From assembly GCA_045863295.1 (NCBI GenBank), contig BTWA01000018.1:32001-96000 (forward strand): DNA of 64,000 nucleotides, written 5' to 3'. Below the pieces are notes generated by a model. That model ran no database searches and was not told the origin of the DNA. It was given only the letters and a program-made list of their open reading frames with translations. Below are positions 24,966 through 36,574 of the stretch, piece after piece. Origin of the DNA: Candidatus Hydrogenedentota bacterium. GTDB taxonomy: Bacteria > Hydrogenedentota > Hydrogenedentia > Hydrogenedentales > SLHB01. Made by a program: the position numbers and the translations under genes. Numbering within the stretch: the first letter of the stretch is position 1; each line of letters starts with the position of its first letter.

Positions 24966-25835
24966 TTAAATCAACCCCAACTGCTTGAGCACGGTTTCCA
25001 ATTTCTTGAACGGCTCCGGGCGCATCGGCGTTAGCGGAAGCCGCAACACGTTTTCGCACAAGCCCATGGCCGCGAGCGAAGCCTTGACTGGCATCGGGTT
25101 AGTCTCCAAAAACAACGCCTTGAAAAGCGGCAGCATTGCGTAGTGGATCTTCCGCGCCTCGGCGAGGTCGCCACGATCAAATGCGGCGCACATCTTCGCC
25201 ATCGGCGCGGGCACTACATTGGCAGCAACTGAAATCACGCCCTTGGCGCCCACCGCCATCATGGGAAGCGTCAGGGAATCGTCGCCTGAAAGCACCGTAA
25301 TACCGCATTGCGAGACGATTTGCGACACCTGATCCACACTGCCCGCCGCTTCCTTTACTGCGCTAATGTTCTTGTACTGGGAGAGCGCCGCAATGGTCTC
25401 CGGCGTCATGTTCGTACCCGTACGGCTAGGCACGTTGTAAAGAACAATAGGAATATCTACCTGTTCCGCGATGAGTCTGTAGTGCGCAATCTGGCCTTCG
25501 GGCGTGGGCTTGTTGTAATACGGGGTAATCAACAGCGCGCCGTCCGCGCCAGCGTCTTTGGCGAATTGGGTAAGCCGCAACGCTTCACGCGTATTGTTCG
25601 AACCCGTGCCCGCGATTACGGGTACCCGTCCCGCAATGCGTTCAAGGGCGAAGCGAATACACTGTTCCTGCTCTTCGTGCGAAAGCGTTGCGGCTTCGCC
25701 CGTGCACCCGCAGGGCACGATTCCGTCCGTACCTTGATCCAATTGAAAATCTATCAACCGCGCATAGGCGTCGAAATCAATATCATAGTTAGACTTGAAT
25801 GGCGTGGCTATGGCCACAATGGAACCACGAAACAT
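24966..25835 (-). CDS. dapA: 4-hydroxy-tetrahydrodipicolinate synthase
   Basis: GCTGEAATL, ITPYYNKP, LYNVPSRTG, AVKEA, LSGDD, FLETNPMPVK. Confidence 0.97.
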   Translation of the reverse strand: MFRGSIVAIATPFKSNYDIDFDAYARLIDFQLDQGTDGIVPCGCTGEAATLSHEEQEQCIRFALERIAGRVPVIAGTGSNNTREALRLTQFAKDAGADGALLITPYYNKPTPEGQIAHYRLIAEQVDIPIVLYNVPSRTGTNMTPETIAALSQYKNISAVKEAAGSVDQVSQIVSQCGITVLSGDDSLTLPMMAVGAKGVISVAANVVPAPMAKMCAAFDRGDLAEARKIHYAMLPLFKALFLETNPMPVKASLAAMGLCENVLRLPLTPMRPEPFKKLETVLKQLGLI

Positions 25836-26006
25836 GAACGTCTCCCGGCTGCGGCAAGGCCGCTCTTACATGGAAGTGAAATAGGGACGCCGGTGCCAAC
25901 CGCGCCCAAGAATAGCGCGTATTCTAGCACTCCAAAGTGCCCATAACCAACATGCCCGGCATGCATATCGAACCCCAGTGGGATTGCAAGGTGCTCCTCA
26001 CCCCGC

Positions 26007-28319
26007 TCAGGGTGTGAACACGTCCGGGCCGGGAGAGAATGGTGAGGACGGACTGGCAACGAACGAAAGTATGTCACGAAAATTCGGCAGGGCCGGATCA
26101 CTATACTCAATACGCCAGGGGCCTTCTTTGTTCGTAAAGGTCAGCCATACTTCGCCGCTTTCAGTTCGGGGGAAAAAGGCCTCCGAATCCGCACGGGCAC
26201 CGTCCCAGACGGCGATGCCGCTGAACCGGACATAAACCGAGACACGAATTTGCTCGTCTGTGGTCACTTTGCTGAAGTCCCAGGCGCGGATTTGCCGGTC
26301 CATCCGGCAGAAATCGTACTTCTCAAAGAACCACTGGTACGCACGCTTCACATACGCGAACGGCCAAAGTTGCGGATCCTGGTAGTCTTGAGTATACAGC
26401 TCTGTAACCACATCCAGGCGTTCTTCCCGAAAAGCCGATTCCCAATCTTCAATACGTTTCACGATGGTCTCGGCCTCGCCTTTGAATTCAGCCGGCACCC
26501 CATCGTAATTGGGCCACCAAGGAACGTCCACCGGCGGCGCGACCGGCTGGTCCAACGATTGGCTGACTCCAGCATCCAGCAATTCCGTCAATAAGACTTC
26601 TTCCGCAAGGCGGCTTTCCACTACGCTAAAAGCGAGATACTCGCCGTAGTTGACCGTACCCTCGTACACTTCCTTTTGACTGGCGAGGCCTGTCGTGATA
26701 GCGGATATCGCGTACGAGGCAGGGGTTGTGCCTGTTACGGACGTGTCCACCCACGAGTAACTCTCGGTCACCTCCGCTATAGCGACAAACGGCCCTTCCA
26801 GACCATTGGCCCTGCGGTAAATGCGAAACGCGACGTCGTCTTCGCGTCGCGTCCAGTCAAGGCGTACTCCATTTGCCTGGCGCGTCGCCGTCAGCCCGCG
26901 AAGAGGTGAAGGCATGTCGGGTATGCGGTAAGTCTGCTCCTCGTAAGCATTTTCGCGCGTATGCATCACGAACACGCCTCGAGCTATTCGCGCGGCGAAT
27001 GCTGTGCCAGAGGCATCTGGAACATAGTGCTGATCCAGTAAAGCAGTCCAATCTGCCGGCGAGACAATCTCTCCCGGGCGCACCACCCGGGCAAATCCCG
27101 CAAGCGAATCAGCTAGCGCATAGGGTGATAAGATGGGCACCCAAAAATGTCTGCCCGAATTCAAAACCAACTCAGAAACCTGCCCTGGCCGCTCCATTCC
27201 GTACGCGCCATGAATCAGGTGTCCGGCGTCCAGAACGCCGTCCGCATCCGCCAGATTGCTGTGAAATGCAAGCGCATCGCGGGAATTGCTCATCTGAAAG
27301 CCAATTACGCACTTCTTCCGGACAAACTCCTTCGGCGCGACAAGACTTTTCTCCAAGACCTCGCGAAGTGTGGGGGCAATGGCCGAATCCCAAAAGAGGC
27401 GGTGCTGTCCCGACCACAAATCCTTGCCACGGGGAAATGAATATACCGTGGCGCCTCCCATCGCACCGTTGAGAATCATCGCCCGATAAAAAGACGGAGG
27501 CATGGTCGCCGCATTCGAATTGGGGCCAAACACGCCAGGACGCACAAACCGAGCCGATGTATACCAGTTGGAAGTTGCAGAAACGCCCCAATGCGCTGCG
27601 CTCTCCTCGAGCCATAGCCCCATCAACGCCATTTGCCTCGTTGTAGTATGGCCATCGGTATGCGCGTTCAATGGCAATACGTACCCTTTGCACTCGCGAA
27701 GTGTCTGGAACAACGGTGCGCACCAGTTGTTCGACATTACGCGCAGCCAGCCAACCCGATCCAATTCTAACGCCGTAAACCTGCCATATGTCCGGGTCAA
27801 CCGAAGCACCTCGGAAGTCCAGCGCACTACTGGCGGAGTTCCCAAATCCTGTGCCGCTCCAAATGCGTAGTAGTCTTCAAATACCAATCCCGATACATAC
27901 CAGCCCTTCAGATTCGTGTAATCGCGCAGCAATTCTTCAACCAGCGGCAGCGGATGAAAAAACGCAGGGTCGCCATCAGTCAATTGGACGGCTACCGGAA
28001 TATCCGAGGCACGAACCGTATCCAATATCGCGCGAAGACGCCCGTGGCGGCTCACTACATCAAATGCGCCAACCCGAACGATCAATGCGCTATACGGCTT
28101 CAGGTCATCAGGCAGGGATAGCCACGTGGTTATCACGGCGTTGGCGTATGTCTCTGCGGGAGCTTCGGGTTCCGCGTCGATTCCAAACAGGAACAGCGGA
28201 TGTACATCCAGAATCTCCACCGATGGTTGAGGGACCGGATCCTCTGCCCATGCGGTGGCCATGGACAGGATCAGAATCTGTAAACAGAGTCTGCTCAATG
28301 AGTTAAATCGGCGAAACAT
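26007..28319 (-). CDS. Exported GH98-like protein with FN3-like and C-terminal NTF2/SnoaL-like domains
   Basis: Signal peptide from ATG 28319; HPLFLF, WLSLPDDLKPY, MGLWL...WG, MILNGAMGGATVYSF, NSGRHFWVP and HTRENAYEEQ resemble GH98 M/C modules; VRLDW...FRIYR FN3-like segment. Confidence 0.6.
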   Translation of the reverse strand: MFRRFNSLSRLCLQILILSMATAWAEDPVPQPSVEILDVHPLFLFGIDAEPEAPAETYANAVITTWLSLPDDLKPYSALIVRVGAFDVVSRHGRLRAILDTVRASDIPVAVQLTDGDPAFFHPLPLVEELLRDYTNLKGWYVSGLVFEDYYAFGAAQDLGTPPVVRWTSEVLRLTRTYGRFTALELDRVGWLRVMSNNWCAPLFQTLRECKGYVLPLNAHTDGHTTTRQMALMGLWLEESAAHWGVSATSNWYTSARFVRPGVFGPNSNAATMPPSFYRAMILNGAMGGATVYSFPRGKDLWSGQHRLFWDSAIAPTLREVLEKSLVAPKEFVRKKCVIGFQMSNSRDALAFHSNLADADGVLDAGHLIHGAYGMERPGQVSELVLNSGRHFWVPILSPYALADSLAGFARVVRPGEIVSPADWTALLDQHYVPDASGTAFAARIARGVFVMHTRENAYEEQTYRIPDMPSPLRGLTATRQANGVRLDWTRREDDVAFRIYRRANGLEGPFVAIAEVTESYSWVDTSVTGTTPASYAISAITTGLASQKEVYEGTVNYGEYLAFSVVESRLAEEVLLTELLDAGVSQSLDQPVAPPVDVPWWPNYDGVPAEFKGEAETIVKRIEDWESAFREERLDVVTELYTQDYQDPQLWPFAYVKRAYQWFFEKYDFCRMDRQIRAWDFSKVTTDEQIRVSVYVRFSGIAVWDGARADSEAFFPRTESGEVWLTFTNKEGPWRIEYSDPALPNFRDILSFVASPSSPFSPGPDVFTP

Positions 28320-28545
28320 GGTCGAGAGTCTACCCAACCGAATGTGCGTTGCACAACTACCTTTAACCGTATGTTTCCGTGTCATCTTCGTAACCATTAC
28401 AAAGACATGAATACGCAAATTGCCGTGAAAGTTCGATTTACAGCAGATTTATCGCAGGCCCTGGAACAGGCTTAGCCTGCTTCGCGCGACGCAAAATTTG
28501 CGGTGAATGCCTGCCATTTGCTAGAATTCCGCTCTGCCTGACTAC

Positions 28546-28622
28546 GTACCCGTAGCTCAATTGGATAGAGTGCTTGGCTACGGACCAAGAGGTTGGGGGT
28601 TCAAATCCCTCCGGGTACGCCA
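28546..28622 (+). tRNA. tRNA-Arg (anticodon ACG)
   Basis: Acceptor GTACCCG/CGGGTAC, D arm GCTC..GAGT, anticodon stem CTTGG/CCAAG with loop CTACGGA, T loop TTCAAAT, encoded CCA. Extended -10 TGcTAGAAT lies just upstream. Confidence 0.97.
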
Positions 28623-28710
28623 TTTTTCCCTATTAACACCCTCACCATGGATTAACTGCGGCATGATTGCCCGAATTGTTCGCAAAGCGACGTCAGGGAG
28701 TCCGGGGACA

Positions 28711-29883
28711 ATGGATTCTCATACGAGGTGCGCAAAAATCCCAGGCGCCATTTTACTGACTTCGGCATTTTTATTGGCGCTGTGTCCCGTCCGCACATCG
28801 GCCCAAACGATCGTGCCGGTGTATGTAAGTCCAATTGGCTCCTACCAGGAAGTACGCATTCCTTCCCTGGTCTGCACCCAGACCGGCACACTTTTGGCCT
28901 TTGCCGAGGGACGAGTGATACCGGGAGACCATGCGCGCAACGACATCCTTCTCCGGCGCAGCATGGACAACGGCGCGACATGGGGATCCATCCAATACGT
29001 GCATGCAGATCCGGATCGGGTGTTTGTGAATCCCTGCTCTGTCGTGCTTCCGTCGGGCCGCGTGCTGCTGATGTACCAGTCCTTTCCTCACGGCCTTCAC
29101 GCGCGAAAAATTGGCGATTCGGTGAAGCTGCTTTCGCCGGGTCTGGAGGGCGATCGCATCAGCCGCACCTTGTTACAATGGAGTGACGACGATGGCGTTA
29201 CTTGGTCCACTCCGCGCGATATTACTGCGCAGACCAAGCGGCCCGCACCCATTATTTCCACGGCCAGCGGTCCGGGCATTGGCATTGTGATCGCACGCGG
29301 TCCGCACAAGGGTCGCGTCGTGATCCCCACGAACGAAGGCTGGTGGGAAACGCCCGGCCGCATCTTCAATGTCTTTGCCTGCTACAGTGACGACAACGGC
29401 GAAATGTGGCAAATCGGTGAAATTGCACCGCGTAGCGAAGGCGTCATGGGGGATGAAGTGCAAATCGTCGAGTGTTCGGATGGCGCACTGCTGCTCAACT
29501 CGCGTGCCAGCTTTGGATCCCACCGGCTGTCGGCGCGAAGCACGGATGGCGGAGAGAACTGGTCGCCTCTGCGCGTGGAATCTTCCCTGCCGGAACCACG
29601 CTGCATGGGGTCCATCTTCCGCTACAGTTGGCCGGAGGATGGAAAGAGCCGAATATTATTCGCCAATCCCGGGAACGAGATATCGCGCACTAAGGGAACC
29701 GTTCGCGTAAGCTACGACGAAGGCAAAACCTGGCCGGTCTCTAAAGTGGTTTTCGAAGGCGATTTCGCGTATTCCTGTCTTGCCCGCCTGACCGACCACA
29801 GCATCGGCCTTCTCTACGAAACGAACGATCACAGCCGCATCGAGTTCATGAGATTCACACTCGAATGGCTGGAAGGTTCTTGA
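28711..29883 (+). CDS. Exo-alpha-sialidase (GH33)
   Basis: RIP motif (VRIPSL), AFAEGR, Asp boxes SMDNGATW, SDDDGVTW, SDDNGEMW, STDGGENW, SYDEGKTW, and AYSCL...LLYE; signal peptide. Confidence 0.9.
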   Translation: MDSHTRCAKIPGAILLTSAFLLALCPVRTSAQTIVPVYVSPIGSYQEVRIPSLVCTQTGTLLAFAEGRVIPGDHARNDILLRRSMDNGATWGSIQYVHADPDRVFVNPCSVVLPSGRVLLMYQSFPHGLHARKIGDSVKLLSPGLEGDRISRTLLQWSDDDGVTWSTPRDITAQTKRPAPIISTASGPGIGIVIARGPHKGRVVIPTNEGWWETPGRIFNVFACYSDDNGEMWQIGEIAPRSEGVMGDEVQIVECSDGALLLNSRASFGSHRLSARSTDGGENWSPLRVESSLPEPRCMGSIFRYSWPEDGKSRILFANPGNEISRTKGTVRVSYDEGKTWPVSKVVFEGDFAYSCLARLTDHSIGLLYETNDHSRIEFMRFTLEWLEGS

Positions 29884-29946
29884 CGGCCGGATTTTCATCC
29901 ACAATACAATCAGGCTAGGCAGTGCCGATCTTAAGCATTGTGCGCG

Positions 29947-31483
<1,537 letters not shown>

Positions 31484-31487
<4 letters not shown>

Positions 31488-31867
31488 GATTGCACTCCTA
31501 GCGTCGTCTGTAAGATCTCGCTAATCTTTTCAGGTGTAAATGGCTTTCGTAGATATGCAATGACTCCCAGATCCTCAACCTCGTTCATCCGCGAAGCGCT
31601 GCCCTCCGTGGACACCACAATCACCGGAATCTCTTTTAACACGGGATCCGACTTCAGTTTGCCTATCATGGCTATACCATCCATTTCCGGCATATGAATG
31701 TCCGTGATGATGAGATCCACCCATTGCGTAGCCAGCACATCCAGTGCCTCGCGGCCATTTGCCGCATGAAGCACGCTGCCTATAGCGATTCCCGCGTGTC
31801 CCAGCGTACGGGCAATTACCGCCCGCACCGTGGCCGAGTCATCCACGATCAGAATATTGAGAGACAT
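31484..31867 (-). CDS. cheY: Single-domain response regulator (CheY-like)
   Basis: ILIVDDS, ITDIHMPEMDG, VVSTEG, YLRKPF. Confidence 0.9.
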
Positions 31868-31917
31868 GAAGCGTAGCTCCTATGAATCCGACCGCATTAC
31901 AGTTTGCGGCCATCCAA

Positions 31918-32421
31918 CTAAATCTCCGTTTCGTCTTTCGCAACTCGCACAGTCGTAACCCCCGAATCCATGTACAGTGTCATGGTTCTGGCCACTGTGC
32001 CGCCCACATCCTGGCCGCCGATCAAAACGTTGTTCTTCCACAAGACCTTGTGTAGCACCGTGAAATTGCGTTCGCCAATCTGAAACATACCCCCGGCATT
32101 TAACGGGGCGGCACCTCCGGCGACCTTGGCAACCAACCGCTGTTTGCTGGCCCCCGCATTCAGCACGGCTTGAATCAGTGCAGCCACACCGGTATCCGTA
32201 AACATGTATGGGTTGGATGCTGCTTTGTCCTTGTCGATTCGCGACAACGGCAGCATGGCATGAAGCATGCCCCCTACCCCCACGGCTGGATCGTACAAGG
32301 TTAGACCCACACAAGATCCCAGCGAATACGTGATGAGAATGTCATCCGCACAGTCGGACACAACCATGTCGGAAATTCCGACCACACGATTGGCTCGCCG
32401 GGCCGCTTTAAGCTCAATCAC
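31918..32421 (-). CDS. cheD: Chemoreceptor glutamine deamidase CheD
   Basis: TYSLGSCVG, GGMLHAMLP, AKVAGGA, IGERN, DVGG..ART. Confidence 0.93.
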   Translation of the reverse strand: MIELKAARRANRVVGISDMVVSDCADDILITYSLGSCVGLTLYDPAVGVGGMLHAMLPLSRIDKDKAASNPYMFTDTGVAALIQAVLNAGASKQRLVAKVAGGAAPLNAGGMFQIGERNFTVLHKVLWKNNVLIGGQDVGGTVARTMTLYMDSGVTTVRVAKDETEI

Positions 32422-32426
32422 TTTGT

Positions 32427-33227
32427 TTAATCCTTTACGTACACCGCTGGGCGTACCGACCGTAGTCCGTGTGACAACCCGGCAAGACTCTCCGCATGCC
32501 CCACCATTAAATAGCCTCCTGGGCGCAACAATCGTTCAAACTCACCGATGAGTTTCCCCCTTACTGCATTGTCAAAGTAAATCATGACGTTTCGGCAAAA
32601 GATTACGTCAAAGGGCCCACGCATGGGATACGGCGGTTGAGCCAGGTTTAAGCGTTTGAACAACACCATTCCCTTAACCGCCGGACAAATCTCAAAGTCA
32701 TCTCCGTCCCGTGCCGGCGGCGCCGAGCAGTATTTGGTGAATCGAGACGGAATCTCTACAATCTTCTTCGCGGGAAATTTCGCGGATACCGCAAACCGCA
32801 AAACCTTCGTAGAGATATCCGTAGCCAGTACGCGCATCTCGGCCGGAGTTCCGATGAGCGTATCCGCCATGGTCATCGCTATCGAATAGGGCTCTTCGCC
32901 CGTGCTGCTTGCGGCCGACCACACTCTGAATTTTTGTTGGCCCAGACGTACCCACCGCAGCAGCAATTCCCGCAGCAAGTCAAAATGTTGGGGTTCCCGG
33001 AAGAAACTGGTGACGTTCGTCGAAATGGCATCGAGTAGTTCGACCAGTTCGGTGGCGCGCCCTTCGTTTGAAACGAAGGCCAAATAGGCCTCTTCCGTGG
33101 CAATCCCGAGTGCGCGCATCCGCTTGCCGATACGTGAAGAAATAAGCGCGTCCTTATTGTCGCCGAGCTGGATGCCGCACGACTCATAGATCAGATTCTG
33201 AAACCCGCGCATAGTGCTAGATTTCAC
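32427..33227 (-). CDS. cheR: Chemotaxis methyltransferase CheR
   Basis: STNVTSFFRE, RVWSAASSTGEEPYSIA, ATDIS, FDVIFCRNVMIYF, GHAESL. Confidence 0.96.
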   Translation of the reverse strand: MKSSTMRGFQNLIYESCGIQLGDNKDALISSRIGKRMRALGIATEEAYLAFVSNEGRATELVELLDAISTNVTSFFREPQHFDLLRELLLRWVRLGQQKFRVWSAASSTGEEPYSIAMTMADTLIGTPAEMRVLATDISTKVLRFAVSAKFPAKKIVEIPSRFTKYCSAPPARDGDDFEICPAVKGMVLFKRLNLAQPPYPMRGPFDVIFCRNVMIYFDNAVRGKLIGEFERLLRPGGYLMVGHAESLAGLSHGLRSVRPAVYVKD

Positions 33228-33248
33228 CGGTCTTATCCTCGTGCTCGA

Positions 33249-33617
33249 CTAGGCCGGCACGCGTTTGAGCGTCGCGTTGATCTTCTCGATGATGACTTCG
33301 GGAGTGAAAGGCTTGATTACATAGTTGTTCGCGCCGGACTTGATAGCCTCAACCACGCGCCCCTTTTCCGCCTCCGTGGTTACCATGATGATGGGCATGG
33401 ACTTACCCATACCGCGAATGGCGCGCACGGCGTCAATCCCGCTCATGTTGGGCATGTTCCAATCCATCAACACCAAGTCCACCTCCGCGGACTTGCTGCA
33501 TTCGACGGCCTCCACGCCGTCGCTGGCTTGTACTACTTCCTTGATCCCGGCGCGGTCGAGCGCGCCGATAAGCACTTTCCGCATCACTGCGGAATCGTCG
33601 ACAACCAATACTTTCAT
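33249..33617 (-). CDS. cheY: Single-domain response regulator (CheY-like)
   Basis: VLVVDDS, LMDWNMPNMSG, MVTTEAE, YVIKPF. Confidence 0.92.
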   Translation of the reverse strand: MKVLVVDDSAVMRKVLIGALDRAGIKEVVQASDGVEAVECSKSAEVDLVLMDWNMPNMSGIDAVRAIRGMGKSMPIIMVTTEAEKGRVVEAIKSGANNYVIKPFTPEVIIEKINATLKRVPA

Positions 33618-34108
33618 ATCAATGCTCCAGCCGTCTCGCGTTCCATGGCCAAAGTAACGCGAAGACTAAAGGGCCCCAATTCGCACTCGAAAGGAATCTC
33701 CAGCCACGTGGTCTTTCCAGGATAATCCACCTTGAAACTCGCACCGTGAACGACGCTCGGTAATCCCAGCGATATAGGTTCCATGTCGCCTTCCGAAATA
33801 GTCGCCTTCGCTTGACCCGCGATCATGTTGACAAACTCCGCGACTCCGTCGCAGATGGTGGAATCCACTTCCGTGATCTCCATGCAAAGCCATTTATTGA
33901 CGATTGCCAACGCCGTGGAAACCGGTAGTTGAAGCGCTACCGTTCCCTTGGCAGCGCCGCTCAACCCGATCAGCGCCACCAGATTTTCTGGATCAGGTGG
34001 CGTACTCGCGACGGCCACGCCGCGCCGTTTCGGATCCACCTGAATAATCGTGCTGAACACACTATGTACCGCGAAAAGGAACGGGTTTATATAACGTACA
34101 TCCATCAT
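33614..34108 (-). CDS. cheX: Chemotaxis phosphatase CheX
   Basis: YINPF, IGLSG..KG, DGVAEFVNMIAGQAK, LPSVV.G, IPF. Confidence 0.9.
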   Translation of the reverse strand: MMDVRYINPFLFAVHSVFSTIIQVDPKRRGVAVASTPPDPENLVALIGLSGAAKGTVALQLPVSTALAIVNKWLCMEITEVDSTICDGVAEFVNMIAGQAKATISEGDMEPISLGLPSVVHGASFKVDYPGKTTWLEIPFECELGPFSLRVTLAMERETAGALI

Positions 34109-34111
34109 GGT

Positions 34112-36550
34112 CTACTGCTCCATCGAGTGTTGCAATTCCAACGACTCATCCGCGTGCTTCACTTCCTCGGTTTCCGTAATGCGAATCAAACCCGCAACGT
34201 CCAGAATGAGGCCGACCCGACCATCCGGCATTATCGCGCCCCCTGCAATCCCAGGCACGCTTCCCAGGGCACGGCCCAGTGTTTTCACCACGGTCTGTTG
34301 CTGTCCCAGGAGTTCATCCGCCACAAGCCCAATCTGCTTGCCGTTGTCTTCAACCACGAGCACCGTGGATTGCGTCAACTCCGGCTCCGGCGCGCGCATG
34401 TCCAAAATGCGTTTCAACCGAAACAACGGAATTAAATGTCCCTGAAGAGACAGCATCTCGCCTCTCTGGTTGAACGTCTGAATATCGCGGCCTTCGGGCC
34501 GAATTGCCCGCACAACACTCCCAATCGGAGTGATATAACGCTCATTGCCCGCCATGAGCGCCATGCCGTCTATGATGGCCAACGTCAAGGGAAGTCGAAT
34601 AGAAAACGTCGTACCCCTCCCCAGCACCGACTGAATATCCACGCGCCCACGCAGTTGCGCAACGTTGCGCCGTACCACGTCCATTCCCACGCCCCGGCCG
34701 GAGACATCGGTGACCGTCTTGGCCGTCGAAAAACCCGCCTCAAAGATGAGATTCCACACTTCCGGGTCCGACATATGATCGCCGGCCCACTCAATGCCTC
34801 GCTCGTGTGCCTTGGCAAGGATGCGATCGCGATCCAGCCCGCGCCCGTCGTCCCGAATTTCAATCACGAGGTTGCCGTGACGATGAAACGCGTGAAGTTC
34901 AATCGTACCTTTGGCAGGTTTTCCGGCTTCCATCCGCTCGGCCGCAGTGTCCTCCAAGCCGTGGTCTACGGCATTTCGGATCATGTGCACCAGGGGATCG
35001 CCAATCTGATCTACCATTGACTTGTCGATCTCCGTATCTTCCCCGCTGACCACAAATTCGACTTCTTTGCCCGTCTTTTGCGCGAGGTCACGCACCAGCC
35101 GTGTGATTTTTTGGAAAGTGGAACGAAGCGGAACCATTCTCAAAGACATGCCGGTTTGCTGAAGATCACGCGTGATACGGTCGAGTTGGTCAAGATTGCG
35201 TAGTGCCATCGCCGAAGCGGATTTGCGAAATCCGTCCGTTTGAGTCACCATCGACTGGACAATGACCAGCTCGCCAATCATGTCTACCAGCTTGTCGAGA
35301 CGCTCTGCATCAACTTTGAGCACCTCTTTCACGGAATTGCCGCCCCGCTGGGCCGCCTGTTGCCGGCGCAATCCCTGAGCTACCTCACCAGGTGACACTT
35401 TGCCGCTTTTGATAAGCACCTCGCCAAGCAATGGAGACTGAGGCGGAAGTGCCTGCTTCTGTAGAGCCGTTTCGATATCGCGTTGCGTTGCCCACTCCTG
35501 CTCCACCAGGATTTCCCCAAGCCGCTTGTCGGGCTGTTGCCGCTGCATCTCCAACGCCCGGTCCACGCGCGATCGAGTAACCACATTTGCGCGCACAAGC
35601 AACTCACCCAACTCCGTGGGCGGAAGCAATGCCGCCTGCAACTGAATCGCCTCCGCCACATCGCCATGGGTGGCTACTCCCATGTCCACAAGGATTTCAC
35701 CCAGGGGGCGCCCTCGGTCCGTGGACTCGGCCTTGGTGACGACGGCCTTGTGGCAATCAGGATTCTGAACGCATTGAATCTGCACGATCAGCTCTGGCAA
35801 ATCCGGCGGTGGTACCATCAGGCCGCCCTTCAACGCCTCGCTCAAGGACCCAATAAGCCTTCTTAAGAAATCTACGGCCCTCAATGCCACGTCCATTACA
35901 GAGGCCTGAACAGGGATTTCCCCACGCCGCACTTTGTCCAGCAGGTTTTCCGATTCATGGGCCAACGCCTGTACGGCATCCACGTGCAGCATGCCGGCGA
36001 CACCCTTGATCGTATGAAACGCGCGAAAGACCGCGTCCAACGATTCCGCATCATCAGGATTTGTCTCCAGAGCCAGCAGCGCCACCTCGGCATTTTCGAG
36101 GTGTTCCATAGCCTCGGTGACAAACTCCGCCAACAAATCCACATCGCCCGTCATCGGATCGAATGGAGCCAGCAGTCTATTTTCAGGTGCTGTCACTGCA
36201 CCCAAGACCGTACCCAGGGCCTCTCCGTCGAGTTGTAACAGCTTCGGAAACACTTTTGGCGAAGCAGGAGCAAAACCCTTGCTTATCGTCTGGCACTGCG
36301 CAATGGTTTGCCTTGCGGCCTCCAGTCCCGCCGCCGGATCCGCACACTCTTCCAATATGAGGGACTCAACTAGCTTTGCACTCGCTGCCAGCGCGGACGC
36401 AATAACCGTCTCCTTGGCAGAAGCCGCGCTTGCCGAGGTCTCTAGAAAACCCGTGTGCATTTGTGCAAGGCCCGGCAAGTCAAACAGATCCGCCAGCACC
36501 GCTTGCTCGGCCAAGTTCTCCAATTGCGAATTAAAGGTTTCGGTAAACAC
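34112..36550 (-). CDS. cheA: Chemotaxis histidine kinase CheA with four MshEN-like motifs in place of P2
   Basis: HPt FRAFHTIKGVAG; LDKLVDMIGELVI; HMIRNAVDHG; DDGRG; GFSTA..VTDVSGRGVGMDVV; C-terminal CheW domain. Confidence 0.96.
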   Translation of the reverse strand: MFTETFNSQLENLAEQAVLADLFDLPGLAQMHTGFLETSASAASAKETVIASALAASAKLVESLILEECADPAAGLEAARQTIAQCQTISKGFAPASPKVFPKLLQLDGEALGTVLGAVTAPENRLLAPFDPMTGDVDLLAEFVTEAMEHLENAEVALLALETNPDDAESLDAVFRAFHTIKGVAGMLHVDAVQALAHESENLLDKVRRGEIPVQASVMDVALRAVDFLRRLIGSLSEALKGGLMVPPPDLPELIVQIQCVQNPDCHKAVVTKAESTDRGRPLGEILVDMGVATHGDVAEAIQLQAALLPPTELGELLVRANVVTRSRVDRALEMQRQQPDKRLGEILVEQEWATQRDIETALQKQALPPQSPLLGEVLIKSGKVSPGEVAQGLRRQQAAQRGGNSVKEVLKVDAERLDKLVDMIGELVIVQSMVTQTDGFRKSASAMALRNLDQLDRITRDLQQTGMSLRMVPLRSTFQKITRLVRDLAQKTGKEVEFVVSGEDTEIDKSMVDQIGDPLVHMIRNAVDHGLEDTAAERMEAGKPAKGTIELHAFHRHGNLVIEIRDDGRGLDRDRILAKAHERGIEWAGDHMSDPEVWNLIFEAGFSTAKTVTDVSGRGVGMDVVRRNVAQLRGRVDIQSVLGRGTTFSIRLPLTLAIIDGMALMAGNERYITPIGSVVRAIRPEGRDIQTFNQRGEMLSLQGHLIPLFRLKRILDMRAPEPELTQSTVLVVEDNGKQIGLVADELLGQQQTVVKTLGRALGSVPGIAGGAIMPDGRVGLILDVAGLIRITETEEVKHADESLELQHSMEQ

Positions 36551-36574
36551 GCGGGGCCACCCCTGTCTGGTTAT

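Noticed and set aside
25836..26006. Lysine riboswitch upstream of dapA
   Set aside because: A TGnTAGAAT -10 lies only about 85 bp upstream of the ATG, leaving too short a leader, and no L-box consensus is visible.
28546..29883. tRNA-Arg as an integration site; ORF-track sialidase start at 28561
   Set aside because: No integrase and no repeat of the tRNA 3' end was seen in the window. The 28561 start lies inside the tRNA, so 28711 is used.
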